From Oscillospiraceae bacterium (lineage in GTDB: Bacteria; Bacillota; Clostridia; Oscillospirales; CAG-272), in NCBI GenBank assembly GCA_015065205.1, contig SVQS01000001.1, positions 1 to 52,632 on the forward strand: DNA of 52,632 nt. The letters run 5' to 3'. Shown here piece by piece: positions 34,166 to 44,033 of the stretch. Position numbers and translations under genes: made by a program. Below the pieces are notes generated by a model. That model was not told where the DNA came from and made no database searches. It saw nothing but the letters and a program-made list of their open reading frames with translations. The first letter of the stretch is position 1. Each line of letters opens with the position of its first letter.

Positions 34166-34283
34166 ATGTATTCTCCTTGTCGGATTTGATATATCCTTTA
34201 CATTATGGCATATCTATTAGACGTTTTCAAGAAAATGAAACCGACAGTTCAAAATTTTGCGATAAAGTTCTGCGAGGTGTAAA

Positions 34284-35879
34284 ATGGAAATACGGGCAAA
34301 GAAATTGTTTTGGAATGCGATGCTGCTGACGGCAGCATCGCTGTTTATGCGCACCGTTGGCGTGAGCTTTCAGGTTATTGTGTCGGGACGCGTGGGCGCG
34401 GAAGCGATGGGGCTTTTCTCTATCCTTTCAGGGGTATATGGGTTTGCCTTGACCTTGGCGACCTCGGGCATTCATCTTGGTGTAACGCGTATGACCGTGG
34501 AAGCCGGGGAGAGTGGCAACCCTGCGCGCGTGAGCGGCATTTTGAAAAAAGCAACACTTTATGCCATCTTTTTTGGCTCCCTTGCATCTGTTTTGCTCTT
34601 TTCTTTGGCAGAACCAATCGGAAGGGATTGGCTGAAAGATGCGCGCACGATTTCTTCGTTGCGACTGTTGGCGATTACGCTCCCCCTCATTGCCCTCTCC
34701 TCGGCGTGGAGCGGATATTTTTCAGCGATGCGACGCCCTTGGAAAAATGCGGCGGTGCAGGTTTTTGAACAAGCCATCAAAATTGGCGCGACGATGTATC
34801 TTTTGGCTTTTCATTTTGCCAAGGACGTTGAGAGTGCCTGCCGCATCCTCGTGCTTGGCGGTGCGGCGGCAGAGGTGTTTTCCTTTCTTCTGGAATGGTT
34901 CTTTTATCAATTGGATAAAAGAAAACACCTTGGCAAAGAGATTTTTCATCAAGCAGGGGACGGCAAAAAGCTGCTTTCCATCACGCTCCCCATTGCCGCA
35001 ACGACTTATATACGTTCGGGACTGATTACTCTGCAACACATTCTCATCCCCGAGGGGTTACGGCAAAGCGGTGCTTCACACGCCGCGGCGCTTGTGGCTT
35101 ACGGTAGTATTCAGAGCATGGCTCTCCCCGTCATCCTCTACCCTGCTGCCTTAATGTATTCCTTTTCGGGGCTGCTCGTGCCCGAGCTTGCCGAGGCGGA
35201 AGTCCACGATCATCGGCGGCACATTCACTATATGATCTCTCGGGTGTGGTCGCTCTCACTTCTCTTTTCGTTTGGCGTAGCGGGGGTGCTCATCTGCTTT
35301 TCGGGAGAGATCGGTGCGGCGCTTTATCCAAACTCCGATGCGGGATATTACATTCGTATTCTTGCACCGCTCGTCCCCATTATGTATCTTGACACCGCCA
35401 CCGATGCGATGATGAAAGGCCTTGGCGAGCAGTTATACTCAATGAAGATCAACATTGCCGATGCGGCACTTTCCCTTTTGTTGGTGGTTTTTTTAGTACC
35501 ACGCTTTGGCATTTGGGGATATATCGTTACCATTTACATCTCGGAGCTCTTCAATACAGTTTGCAGTATTACGCACCTCTTAATGATTAGTAGAACGCCC
35601 GTGCGGCTTTGCAAATGGATTTACAAGCCGCTCGCCTGCATTGTTTGTTCCACAACAGTTGTGCGCTTTTTGTTAGAAAAAAGCGATTTAAGAATCGAAT
35701 CTGCCGCACTATCCATCATTGTACACATTTTGTTGGTTATATTGGTATATGTCTCTCTTTTGCGCCTGACACGCGCGGTTGAAAAAGAGGATGTGCGGTG
35801 GGTGAAGGGGCTGTTTTCCTTTTCGAAACACAAAAAATGTGAACAAAGCACTTGCAAACCACAGGTTGATGTGATATAA
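34284..35879 (+). CDS. spoVB: MOP-superfamily flippase, stage V sporulation protein B-like
   Basis: About 14 TM helices. The N-terminus (FWNAMLLTAASLFMRTVGVSFQVIVSGRVGAEAMGLF) is typical of SpoVB/MurJ-like proteins. It sits near an M50 protease gene. Confidence 0.75.
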   Translation: MEIRAKKLFWNAMLLTAASLFMRTVGVSFQVIVSGRVGAEAMGLFSILSGVYGFALTLATSGIHLGVTRMTVEAGESGNPARVSGILKKATLYAIFFGSLASVLLFSLAEPIGRDWLKDARTISSLRLLAITLPLIALSSAWSGYFSAMRRPWKNAAVQVFEQAIKIGATMYLLAFHFAKDVESACRILVLGGAAAEVFSFLLEWFFYQLDKRKHLGKEIFHQAGDGKKLLSITLPIAATTYIRSGLITLQHILIPEGLRQSGASHAAALVAYGSIQSMALPVILYPAALMYSFSGLLVPELAEAEVHDHRRHIHYMISRVWSLSLLFSFGVAGVLICFSGEIGAALYPNSDAGYYIRILAPLVPIMYLDTATDAMMKGLGEQLYSMKINIADAALSLLLVVFLVPRFGIWGYIVTIYISELFNTVCSITHLLMISRTPVRLCKWIYKPLACIVCSTTVVRFLLEKSDLRIESAALSIIVHILLVILVYVSLLRLTRAVEKEDVRWVKGLFSFSKHKKCEQSTCKPQVDVI

Positions 35880-35911
35880 TAGGTCTATACAAAAATTAAG
35901 GAGTTGATTTT

Positions 35912-36670
35912 ATGAAAAAGATCGTAGCCCTGCTACTGGTTTTGTTGCTCACACTCCCCCTGTTCGGGTGCTTTAGAGAAAACGTGGTTTTGGATGAGAT
36001 CAAGGAGTATCAAGTCACATCTGAAATTCATTCGCTCGATATTTCTATCAGTGCCGCGGATTTTACCATCGAATATAGAGATACCTTTGGAGTTGAGAGC
36101 AATTTGAAATATCTTTCCGTCACCGAGAAAAGCGGCGTTTTGACCATTGTTGATGAACCAAAAGGTAACGCGAACTACAACAATGCAAAGCTCACGCTTT
36201 ACATTCCAAGAGTTACCGTATTTGATGATGTCAGTATTGAGACCGGTGCCGCAAAAATGACTGCCGAAACACTCTCTACTGCATCGCTTAGATTCAGACT
36301 GGGCGCAGGCGACGTGAGCATCGAGCAACTGAATGTCACCTCCCATGCGGACATTGAGGGGGGTGCCGGCGAGATCACCATTCGCGGCGGTATGCTGAAC
36401 AATCTCTCTTTGGAAATGGGTGTGGGTGAATTGAATATGACCGCTGCCCTGCTTGGTAGAAATGAGTTGGATTTTGGAATTGGCGAATCTAACCTGACTG
36501 TGCTCGGCAACAAGAACGATTATAGAATCGATATTGAAAAAGGACTTGGAGCCGTTACCGTTAACGGCGAAAAGGTAACAGATTTTGGCACGAGCGGAGG
36601 CGGTCAACATTCTTTGGAGATCGAGACCGGTATCGGTGCGGTTAATTTGAAATTCCAAGAAACCGAATAA
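35912..36670 (+). CDS. DUF4097-like beta-strand-repeat lipoprotein
   Basis: Lipobox LPLFGC and an AAGGAG RBS. Repetitive G.G(D/E)(V/I/L).I strands are present (GAGDVSIEQL, GAGEITIRGG, GVGELNMTAA, GIGESNLTVL, GLGAVTVNGE, GIGAVNLKF). Confidence 0.75.
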   Translation: MKKIVALLLVLLLTLPLFGCFRENVVLDEIKEYQVTSEIHSLDISISAADFTIEYRDTFGVESNLKYLSVTEKSGVLTIVDEPKGNANYNNAKLTLYIPRVTVFDDVSIETGAAKMTAETLSTASLRFRLGAGDVSIEQLNVTSHADIEGGAGEITIRGGMLNNLSLEMGVGELNMTAALLGRNELDFGIGESNLTVLGNKNDYRIDIEKGLGAVTVNGEKVTDFGTSGGGQHSLEIETGIGAVNLKFQETE

Positions 36671-36685
36671 AAACAATTTGATATG

Positions 36686-36724
36686 ATAAAAATGTCAAAG
36701 CGCCATAGTGCTTTGACCTTTTTA
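36686..36724. terminator. Bidirectional terminator between the DUF4097 gene and the MutS-like pair
   Basis: Arms gtcaaagc / gctttgac, flanked by ataaaaat and cttttta. Confidence 0.75.
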
Positions 36725-36726
36725 CA

Positions 36727-38184
36727 TTATTGTATTTGGATCACCTTATGCTCTTTTGTCATTTTATATATGGAAACATCTTGGTTTTCGAAATATTGAT
36801 TGAGATCAGTAAGATGAGAGACCAATATCCAACCGATGTTTTTGGCAGAAAGATAGTTAAGGATATGGTATAGACCGATTGCTCCCTCGGCATACGCCGT
36901 GGTTTGAAAAATTTCATTCAAAATCAGCAGACTTGCGCTCTCAGATGTGTCTATCAGCTCACAAAGCTCGCTGACCTCTTGCTCAAATCTGCCCATTTTT
37001 TCGTTGGAAGAGGTTGTATCTTCACTCTCGGAGAACTGTGTTTTCAATGTGCTAAACAGCTCTATCGTTCCGGACGCAGCCGGAATCGGCATACCCGCTT
37101 GTGCCAAGATTTGACATACCGAAATCGAACGCAAAAAAACAGTTTTGCCATTGCCATTATCTCCGAATATGATGCTACCTTTTTTACCTTTTGACATATA
37201 AAAATCATTTGTGACAATGGTATCGGTTTGATTGGTTGTTGCCAAGTACACATCGGTCATACCGACAAATTGCGTGTTATCCCCTACCGTTGGAAAAGTA
37301 AAGGATATCTTTTTGCCTGCAAGCCAACGGACATATTCCACCGCAACAGAATAAAATACAATCTCTTTCTGTATATCACCAAACGTATCTAAAACACCTG
37401 CGATGAGAGAAAGCAACAGATTTTCCATTTCCATATAGGGATAAGCGCCTAATTTGGTTTGGCAATCACTATATGACGGGATATCCAAGCGCAAATATGA
37501 AGAATTGAGCAGAGATTCTTTTCTCGTCAAAAGTCTTTTCTTTTCTTTTGGAATTTGGGAAGAAAGATCTTGAGAGTCGATTAGGTGACAGTCTGCAATT
37601 TTACCATTTTTATCGAGCTTGATCGAAAAAACCGTGTTTGACTCAAGACTTACGTTTTCGGTTTCTTCCAATCGTGCAATCAATCGAGTAAAGTCCTCTT
37701 TTTGCACAAGAGAAATGGTATCATTCAAGATAGACTCAAACCCTTTGGATGAAGTCGGATACTTGCCAAGCAGTTGCGAAAAGTCTTTGGTATAGTACAA
37801 AACCTTTTTGAGCAACCGCGAACAATCCCTGACGGATTCCCGAGAACCGCCGATTGCCGAGCCGATTCCAAAATTACGGGCATGGATTTCTTTTTTCAGA
37901 TTTTTGAAATCTTGCTTGAGCTTAGTAAATTGGTTCAAAGAGGTTTTCAATTCTCCCAAAAAAGCAGGAAACTGCAAAAAATCGGCTATGATTTGTTGTC
38001 TAAACAAAATATCCTTTGGGGAACGCAAGGGCTTTGAGAGTGTCTCTAAAAAATATTGGCATTCGGATTTGCTTTGACAGATTGCGGCAAAGCTTTTGTC
38101 AAGCGACAAGTGGTACAACGTTTTACTACCAATATTACCGACATTGATATGGGATACATTGGGAAATAACAAACTGAATTTCAT
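36727..38184 (-). CDS. MutS-like ATPase (core and domain V only), second gene of a pair
   Basis: P-loop GDNGNGKTVFLRSISVCQILAQAGMPIPA, Walker B-like LLILNEIFQTT and VSHL. There is no mismatch-binding N-terminal domain and no Smr domain. The RBS AGGTGA lies inside the end of the upstream gene. Confidence 0.8.
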   Translation of the reverse strand: MKFSLLFPNVSHINVGNIGSKTLYHLSLDKSFAAICQSKSECQYFLETLSKPLRSPKDILFRQQIIADFLQFPAFLGELKTSLNQFTKLKQDFKNLKKEIHARNFGIGSAIGGSRESVRDCSRLLKKVLYYTKDFSQLLGKYPTSSKGFESILNDTISLVQKEDFTRLIARLEETENVSLESNTVFSIKLDKNGKIADCHLIDSQDLSSQIPKEKKRLLTRKESLLNSSYLRLDIPSYSDCQTKLGAYPYMEMENLLLSLIAGVLDTFGDIQKEIVFYSVAVEYVRWLAGKKISFTFPTVGDNTQFVGMTDVYLATTNQTDTIVTNDFYMSKGKKGSIIFGDNGNGKTVFLRSISVCQILAQAGMPIPAASGTIELFSTLKTQFSESEDTTSSNEKMGRFEQEVSELCELIDTSESASLLILNEIFQTTAYAEGAIGLYHILNYLSAKNIGWILVSHLTDLNQYFENQDVSIYKMTKEHKVIQIQ

Positions 38185-38191
38185 ACCGTAC

Positions 38192-39631
38192 TCACCTGCC
38201 CCTCTCTGAATTGATTTTCAATTTTTGCGCCAAGGATGCTCTATCCATTTGATATTTGATCAATATATCCTCGGCATAGGAACTACCGTCCGGCGCAGCG
38301 TGTGTAATTTTGTAGGTTCTTTTGTGATTATCCTTTTGGATGACCGTATGCAGGGTGGGATATTTTGTTTCGCGGACTTGATGAAAATGCGTTACGAACA
38401 AACCAAAAGAATTGTTTTGATGCAGTTCTTTCACAGTTTCTATGGCAAACGTATATCCTTTTTCTTGATTGGTACCGCTAAAAGTTTCGTTGAACAGGAA
38501 AAACACGTCGCTAATATCACCGTCAAGCATTTTATCAACACGTTTCTTTTCATCTTCAAGTCGCCCAATGTTGGTAAAACGTTCATCTGCAGGGTAATGT
38601 GTGCGCACATCGCAAAAAGGATAACCTATGCAGCTTTGTGCAAAAACGGGACAACCCGCAAGGAATAAAATCAAATTGCTCCCCACGGAGCGCAGATAAG
38701 TGGTTTTCCCCCCACCGTTTGCGCCAAGCAAAAAGAAAAATGGCTCTTCCTGCGAAAAATATGTGTTGTTGGGCACGATATTCTCCTCTGCTAAATGAAG
38801 CAATGTAAAATCGTACATTTCTCTCAGAAGAAATTGTTTTGTTTTTGATAGGGTTGGAATGCAGCGCGGGATCTGTTTTTTTTCGGTTTTTTTGCCAAAT
38901 TCTTCGATTTGGATAAAGAAATCAAGCTCGGGAAGATAAGCGAGAATCTCATCAAAATCAATCGCGTTGTAGGGCTCTAACAAATTTTGTATCTTGTCTA
39001 TCTCCTCTTTGTAAAGCGTTCGAAAAGCCCTCGAAATATAGATATCGGGATATATTGCGGAATACTCTTTTTGTGAAAAAGAAAGGCCCAACGCTGTTGC
39101 ACAATCGCATATTTCGACATAGAGTGTCTTTTCGGATTCATTTTTCGCAATGATGTGTTGATTATCCAAATGACCAATTTTTGCACCGCGTATCAGATTT
39201 AGCAAATTTCTTGCTTGCACGATGGACTCGGTTAGTTTGGAATCTCTTTTGCTTTGAAAATACTCCGCAACCTTTTGCAGTCTTCCCTCGCCTTGCAAAT
39301 TACAAAGCGCTTGAGAAGCCTGCAAATATTTTTCCATTACACTAACCTTCAAAAAGAGCTTTTCTATTTTGGTTTTTGCCTCTTGCCACAGCGCTATCTC
39401 ACGAGCAAAATCCGCGATAGCAGAACGGCAAGCTACAACTGCAGAAAATATAGTATCTTTTTTTATTTCGGTAAAAACCTTCTGTCTTTCCAGTAGCTCT
39501 GCCGCGAAGCAGGGGTGCGCAAGAATAGCTCTTGTTTTTTCGTTAAAAACCGTATCAAGATGCAGGTCCACAAAAACATTTGGTGCTATGCTTCTGTCTT
39601 TTTCAAAAGATAACAGGACAGGTTTTATCAT
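38192..39631 (-). CDS. MutS-like ATPase (core and domain V only), first gene of a pair
   Basis: P-loop GANGGGKTTYLRSVGSNLILFLAGCPVFA, Walker B-like FFLFNETFSGTN and VTHF. A strong RBS (TGGAGGGG) precedes ATG 39631. Confidence 0.8.
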   Translation of the reverse strand: MIKPVLLSFEKDRSIAPNVFVDLHLDTVFNEKTRAILAHPCFAAELLERQKVFTEIKKDTIFSAVVACRSAIADFAREIALWQEAKTKIEKLFLKVSVMEKYLQASQALCNLQGEGRLQKVAEYFQSKRDSKLTESIVQARNLLNLIRGAKIGHLDNQHIIAKNESEKTLYVEICDCATALGLSFSQKEYSAIYPDIYISRAFRTLYKEEIDKIQNLLEPYNAIDFDEILAYLPELDFFIQIEEFGKKTEKKQIPRCIPTLSKTKQFLLREMYDFTLLHLAEENIVPNNTYFSQEEPFFFLLGANGGGKTTYLRSVGSNLILFLAGCPVFAQSCIGYPFCDVRTHYPADERFTNIGRLEDEKKRVDKMLDGDISDVFFLFNETFSGTNQEKGYTFAIETVKELHQNNSFGLFVTHFHQVRETKYPTLHTVIQKDNHKRTYKITHAAPDGSSYAEDILIKYQMDRASLAQKLKINSERGR

Positions 39632-39667
39632 AAAATCCCCTCCAAAAATGAGAATCTCCTATTTTTC

Positions 39668-39696
39668 ATTGTACCATCCCCAAAAAAGCTTGTCAA
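39668..39696 (-). promoter_or_regulatory. Sigma70 promoter of the MutS-like pair
   Basis: The minus strand reads TTGACA, a 17-nt spacer, then TACAAT. Confidence 0.65.
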
Positions 39697-39752
39697 GAAA
39701 CCAGGAGTTGAGTTGCGATAGGCGAAATCAATGAAAAGTTGAATACTAAACA

Positions 39753-39794
39753 AAAGAGCAACCGAGATACTTTTCAGCATCTCGGTTGCTCTTT
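39753..39794 (-). terminator. Rho-independent terminator of the V-ATPase operon
   Basis: Arms agagcaaccgagat / atctcggttgctct form a 14-bp stem, followed on the minus strand by uuuuguuu. It overlaps the ntpD stop. Confidence 0.85.
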
Positions 39795-40467
39795 ATTCTT
39801 CTTCGTCGTCATCCGTATGCTTTTGCGTCAGTTGCGCTTGCAGCATCATATCCTTGACCTTCATAAGTCGGGTTGTGTTGCCGCGCTCATTTTCATCAAG
39901 CTTCATTTTGATGGTCTTGATGGTTTCGAGATATTGCGGCATCAGGATATATTCCAATGCGTTAACGCGACGGCGAGTGCGCTCGATCTCCTCAGCGAGG
40001 AGCTGTGCCGTTTTTTCCAACTCGGCAAGACGGATCAGGTCCTCGAGAATGTCATTCAACTCACGCAGTGAGGAATCCAATTCTCCCGAAGTGAACACCA
40101 AGCCGTAGTTATAGCTGTCGCTTCCCCCCTCTGCCTGCACACGCAGATGAAATTCGGGAACCGTGACGCTCATAATATTTTTGTATTCGACGGAGAGCTC
40201 GCCCTCCTTTTTGGGACAGATGAGGGCTTCCTCCAGCATTTTGGGGCTGCTGACGGCACTTGCGACTGTAAAGGATTGATACACCTTGCCAAGTGCTTCT
40301 TCTACGCGCTCGCGCAAAAGCTTATCCTCTCGCACAACGTCAAGAAATTGCTTCATCAACTCGTCGCGCTTGTCCTTGAGCAGCTTGTGACCCTTGCGTG
40401 CAGTTTGGTAGCGTGTTTGAATACGCTTCATTTCCATACGCGTAGGGTTAACTCTCAACTCAGCCAT
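39793..40467 (-). CDS. ntpD: V-type ATPase subunit D
   Basis: The N-terminus is LRVNPTRMEMKRIQTRYQTARKGHKLLKDKRDELM, and the gene follows subunit B. Confidence 0.92.
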   Translation of the reverse strand: MAELRVNPTRMEMKRIQTRYQTARKGHKLLKDKRDELMKQFLDVVREDKLLRERVEEALGKVYQSFTVASAVSSPKMLEEALICPKKEGELSVEYKNIMSVTVPEFHLRVQAEGGSDSYNYGLVFTSGELDSSLRELNDILEDLIRLAELEKTAQLLAEEIERTRRRVNALEYILMPQYLETIKTIKMKLDENERGNTTRLMKVKDMMLQAQLTQKHTDDDEEE

Positions 40468-40510
40468 ATTCGTCGGTCACCTCACTTTCCGTAAGAATTG
40501 CCACAAAGCA

Positions 40511-41887
40511 TTATGCCTGCTTGGGCCAGTATTTTTCAATCATTTCGGGCTTGATTCGCTTCATTTCGCTCTTTGGCAAAATGGAGAGCAGCTCCCAACC
40601 GAGATCCAAAGTTTCTTCAATGGAACGGTTTTCTTCAAAGCCTTGGTTGATATATCTCGCCTCGAATTCGTCTGCAAACTGCGCATAGAGGCGGTCGATG
40701 GGAGAGAGTGCGGCTTCGCCGAGAACGACCATGAGCTCCTTTGCTTCCTTTCCGCGTGCATAAGCGGCAAAGAGCTGGTTAAGGGTTGCGGCGTGGTCCT
40801 CGCGTGTTTTGCCTTCGCCAATACCCTTATCCTTTAGACGGGACAAAGACGGCAACACGTCAACGGGCGGCATATACCCCTTACGGTACATTTCACGCGA
40901 GAGAATGATCTGCCCCTCGGTGATATAACCGGTCAAGTCGGGAATGGGGTGCGTTTTATCATCCTCGGGCATAGTGAGGATCGGGATCATGGTGATGGAA
41001 CCCTCGGAGCCCATTTTACGGCCTGCGCGCTCGTACATAGTTGCCAAATCGGTATAAAGGTAGCCGGGGTATCCGCGGCGACCGGGAACCTCTTTACGCG
41101 CGGCAGAAACCTCACGGAGTGCCTCAGCGTAGTTTGTGATATCGGTGATGATAACAAGCACGTGCATATCGCACTCGAATGCGAGATACTCAGCGGCGGT
41201 AAGTGCCATGCGAGGCGTGGAAATACGCTCGATAGCAGGGTCGGATGCCAAGTTGATAAAGAGCACGGTACGGTCGATCGCGCCTGTGCGTTTGAAGTCG
41301 GAAATGAAGAAATCTGCTTCCTCAAAGGTAATACCGACAGCCGCAAAAACAACTGCGAATTTATCATCGGCATTGCGCACCTTTGCCTGACGGGCGATTT
41401 GTGCCGCAAGGTTTGCGTGCGGCAGACCCGAACCCGAGAAGATGGGCAGCTTTTGTCCGCGAACGAGGGTGTTCAAGCCATCAATGGTGGAAACACCGGT
41501 TTGAATAAACTCGGAAGGATAATAGCGTGCAGCGGGGTTGATAGGTGTGCCGTTGATATCCAGCGTTTTTTCGGGAATAAGACGTGCACCGCCGTCGATT
41601 GCTTCGCCCATGCCGTTAAACACGCGACCAAGCATATTTTGCGATACGGGGAGCTCTACGCCGTGTCCCGTAAAGCGAACCTTACTATCTGCCAAGTTAA
41701 TGCCTGCGGCAGATTCAAAAAGCTGTACGAGCACGTTACGACCGTTGACCTCGAGTACGCGGCAGCGACGAACTTCACCATTGGGAAGCTCGATTTCGCC
41801 AAGCTCGTCGTATTTGACGCCTTCGACCTGTTTTACAAGCATAAGAGGACCTGCAACTTCTTCGATGGTTCTATATTCTCTAATCAT
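40511..41887 (-). CDS. ntpB: V-type ATPase subunit B
   Basis: Contains [14 protein letters not shown]..., [14 protein letters not shown] (degenerate P-loop) and [15 protein letters not shown]. Confidence 0.95.
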   Translation of the reverse strand: MIREYRTIEEVAGPLMLVKQVEGVKYDELGEIELPNGEVRRCRVLEVNGRNVLVQLFESAAGINLADSKVRFTGHGVELPVSQNMLGRVFNGMGEAIDGGARLIPEKTLDINGTPINPAARYYPSEFIQTGVSTIDGLNTLVRGQKLPIFSGSGLPHANLAAQIARQAKVRNADDKFAVVFAAVGITFEEADFFISDFKRTGAIDRTVLFINLASDPAIERISTPRMALTAAEYLAFECDMHVLVIITDITNYAEALREVSAARKEVPGRRGYPGYLYTDLATMYERAGRKMGSEGSITMIPILTMPEDDKTHPIPDLTGYITEGQIILSREMYRKGYMPPVDVLPSLSRLKDKGIGEGKTREDHAATLNQLFAAYARGKEAKELMVVLGEAALSPIDRLYAQFADEFEARYINQGFEENRSIEETLDLGWELLSILPKSEMKRIKPEMIEKYWPKQA

Positions 41888-41901
41888 TGCCCTGCCCTCC
41901 T

Positions 41902-43674
41902 TTACTCAGCATCTACGCCTGCAATCAGCTTATCGATCTGTGCGGCGATTTCGGCCTTGATGGCCTTGAATTCGTTTTGATAATTATCGTTTGGAACCGT
42001 CTTTGCGCGTGCAATTCTTTCGTGTACGGGCAAAGAGCAAATGTCGTCAATGTCAGCACCTGCTTCGATAGCGCGGCGTGCACGATCCTCATAGGTAAAG
42101 ATCATCTCCAAAATACCGCACTGCTTATCAAGAGGTGTGTAGGAGTCGATATCCAGGAACGCGTTTTGTTGCAGGAAGTCCTCTCTGATGGACTGTGCAA
42201 CGTCAAGGGTGAGACGGTCCGAGGGAGACAGTGCATCCATACCGACAAGCTTTACGATTTCCTGCAGGTCTGCTTCGATCTGCAACGTCTTGAGACATCT
42301 TGCGGTGTAGTCCATCCATGTCTTGGAAACATTTTGTGAGAACCAGCCCGACAGACGGTCGCGGTAGAGCGAATAAGAGTTGAGCCAGTTGATTGCCGGG
42401 AAGTGACGGCGGTACGCAAGAGATGCATCCAGTCCCCAGAACACCTTAACGATACGCAGAGTTGCTTGCGTAACGGGCTCGGAGATGTCACCGCCCTGCG
42501 GAGATACTGCACCGATAGCGGAGAGTGCGCCCTCGCGTCCGTCGGAGCCCAAGCATACGACCTTACCTGCTCTCTCGTAGAACTGTGCCAAACGAGAGGT
42601 CAGATATGCAGGGTAGCCTTCTTCACCGGGCATTTCCTCAAGACGTCCAGACATTTCACGCAGAGCCTCTGCCCAACGAGATGTGGAGTCTGCAATTACG
42701 GCTACGGAATAGCCCATATCGCGGAAGTACTCGGCTATGGTAATACCCGTATAAACCGATGCCTCACGTGCGGCAACCGGCATATCGGATGTGTTTGCAA
42801 TGAGAATGGTACGTTCCATCAGAGAACGTCCGGTTTTGGGGTCGGTGAGTTCGGGGAACTCACGAAGAACGTCGGTCATTTCGTTTCCGCGCTCGCCGCA
42901 ACCAATATAGACAACGAGATCTACGTCGCTCCACTTTGCAAGCTGATGCTGAACAACCGTTTTACCCGAGCCGAAAGGACCGGGAACGCAAGCTGTTCCT
43001 CCCTTTGCAATCGGGAAAAGTGCATCGATAACACGCTGACCTGTGATCATCGGGTCAACGGGGGGCAGCTTTTCGCGATAGGGACGGGCTACACGAACAG
43101 GCCACTTTTGAATGAGTGTGATATTCTCGATGGTGCCGTCCTCATATTTGATCTTACCAATGCGGTCGGTAACCTTAAAGTCGCCCTCACGCATTTCAAC
43201 AATGGTTCCCTTTGTTTTGGGCGGAACCATAATCTTATGCACAATAACTTCGTTTTCTTGTACAGTACCATAGATATCGCCGGGGCCTACCTTATCGCCG
43301 AATTTAACGGCAGGAACAAAGTGCCATACTTGATTTCTATCAAGTGCAGGTACGTCGATGCCGCGTTGGAGGTTAGAGCCGTATTTTTGACGGATGTGCT
43401 CTAGCGGACGCTGGATACCGTCATAGATATTAGAAATCAAACCGGGGCCCAGCTCAACCGACAAGGGTGCTCCAGTAGAAACGACCTTGTCGCCGCGGCC
43501 GATGCCTGCGGTCTCCTCATATACCTGAATAGATGCGCGGTCGCCGTGCATTTCGATGATCTCACCGATGAGATTCTTCGAACCAACGCGCACAACGTCA
43601 AACATATTTGCATTTCTCATACCCTCGGCAACCACAAGGGGTCCCGAGACTTTTAGAATTTTTCCTTCTACCAT
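41902..43674 (-). CDS. ntpA: V-type ATPase catalytic subunit A
   Basis: Contains [13 protein letters not shown], Walker [20 protein letters not shown] and GEEGYPAYL. Confidence 0.95.
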   Translation of the reverse strand: MVEGKILKVSGPLVVAEGMRNANMFDVVRVGSKNLIGEIIEMHGDRASIQVYEETAGIGRGDKVVSTGAPLSVELGPGLISNIYDGIQRPLEHIRQKYGSNLQRGIDVPALDRNQVWHFVPAVKFGDKVGPGDIYGTVQENEVIVHKIMVPPKTKGTIVEMREGDFKVTDRIGKIKYEDGTIENITLIQKWPVRVARPYREKLPPVDPMITGQRVIDALFPIAKGGTACVPGPFGSGKTVVQHQLAKWSDVDLVVYIGCGERGNEMTDVLREFPELTDPKTGRSLMERTILIANTSDMPVAAREASVYTGITIAEYFRDMGYSVAVIADSTSRWAEALREMSGRLEEMPGEEGYPAYLTSRLAQFYERAGKVVCLGSDGREGALSAIGAVSPQGGDISEPVTQATLRIVKVFWGLDASLAYRRHFPAINWLNSYSLYRDRLSGWFSQNVSKTWMDYTARCLKTLQIEADLQEIVKLVGMDALSPSDRLTLDVAQSIREDFLQQNAFLDIDSYTPLDKQCGILEMIFTYEDRARRAIEAGADIDDICSLPVHERIARAKTVPNDNYQNEFKAIKAEIAAQIDKLIAGVDAE

Positions 43675-43712
43675 TTTGATGATGAACCTTTCTTACTTTG
43701 TCAGTTGGGTGT

Positions 43713-44033
43713 TTATTCCTTGAACAGAATATCGGCACCCACCGCGCGCTCTACGGCAGAACGGATGTTGTTCATTCCATAACCAGTAGAGCCGCCCTGC
43801 CCCGGCAGAGAGATAACTGCGGGCAGTGGCATATCTTTATAGCGATTCATTTCTTCTTCAATCTGCACAGCATAATTTTCAGTGATAAAGATGGTGGCAT
43901 AGTCACCGCTTTTTGCCATTGCGTGCAGTTTTTTTGCCGCTTCCTCGGCGCTCTTTACGTCCTCGACCACAAAGCCGAGGGCCATAAAGCCAAGCACCGT
44001 GTCACGGTCTCCTATAATTCCTATTTTATACAT
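43713..44033 (-). CDS. V-type ATPase subunit F
   Basis: Starts MYKIGIIGDRDTVLGFMALG and contains IFITENYA. ATG 44033 overlaps the stop of subunit C. The longer ORF from 44135 is discounted. Confidence 0.88.
   Translation of the reverse strand: MYKIGIIGDRDTVLGFMALGFVVEDVKSAEEAAKKLHAMAKSGDYATIFITENYAVQIEEEMNRYKDMPLPAVISLPGQGGSTGYGMNNIRSAVERAVGADILFKE

Noticed and set aside
35933-36676. 247-aa minus-strand ORF almost coextensive with the DUF4097 gene
   Set aside because: The plus-strand frame has an RBS, a lipoprotein signal and the repeated beta-strand motif. The minus-strand frame is its shadow.
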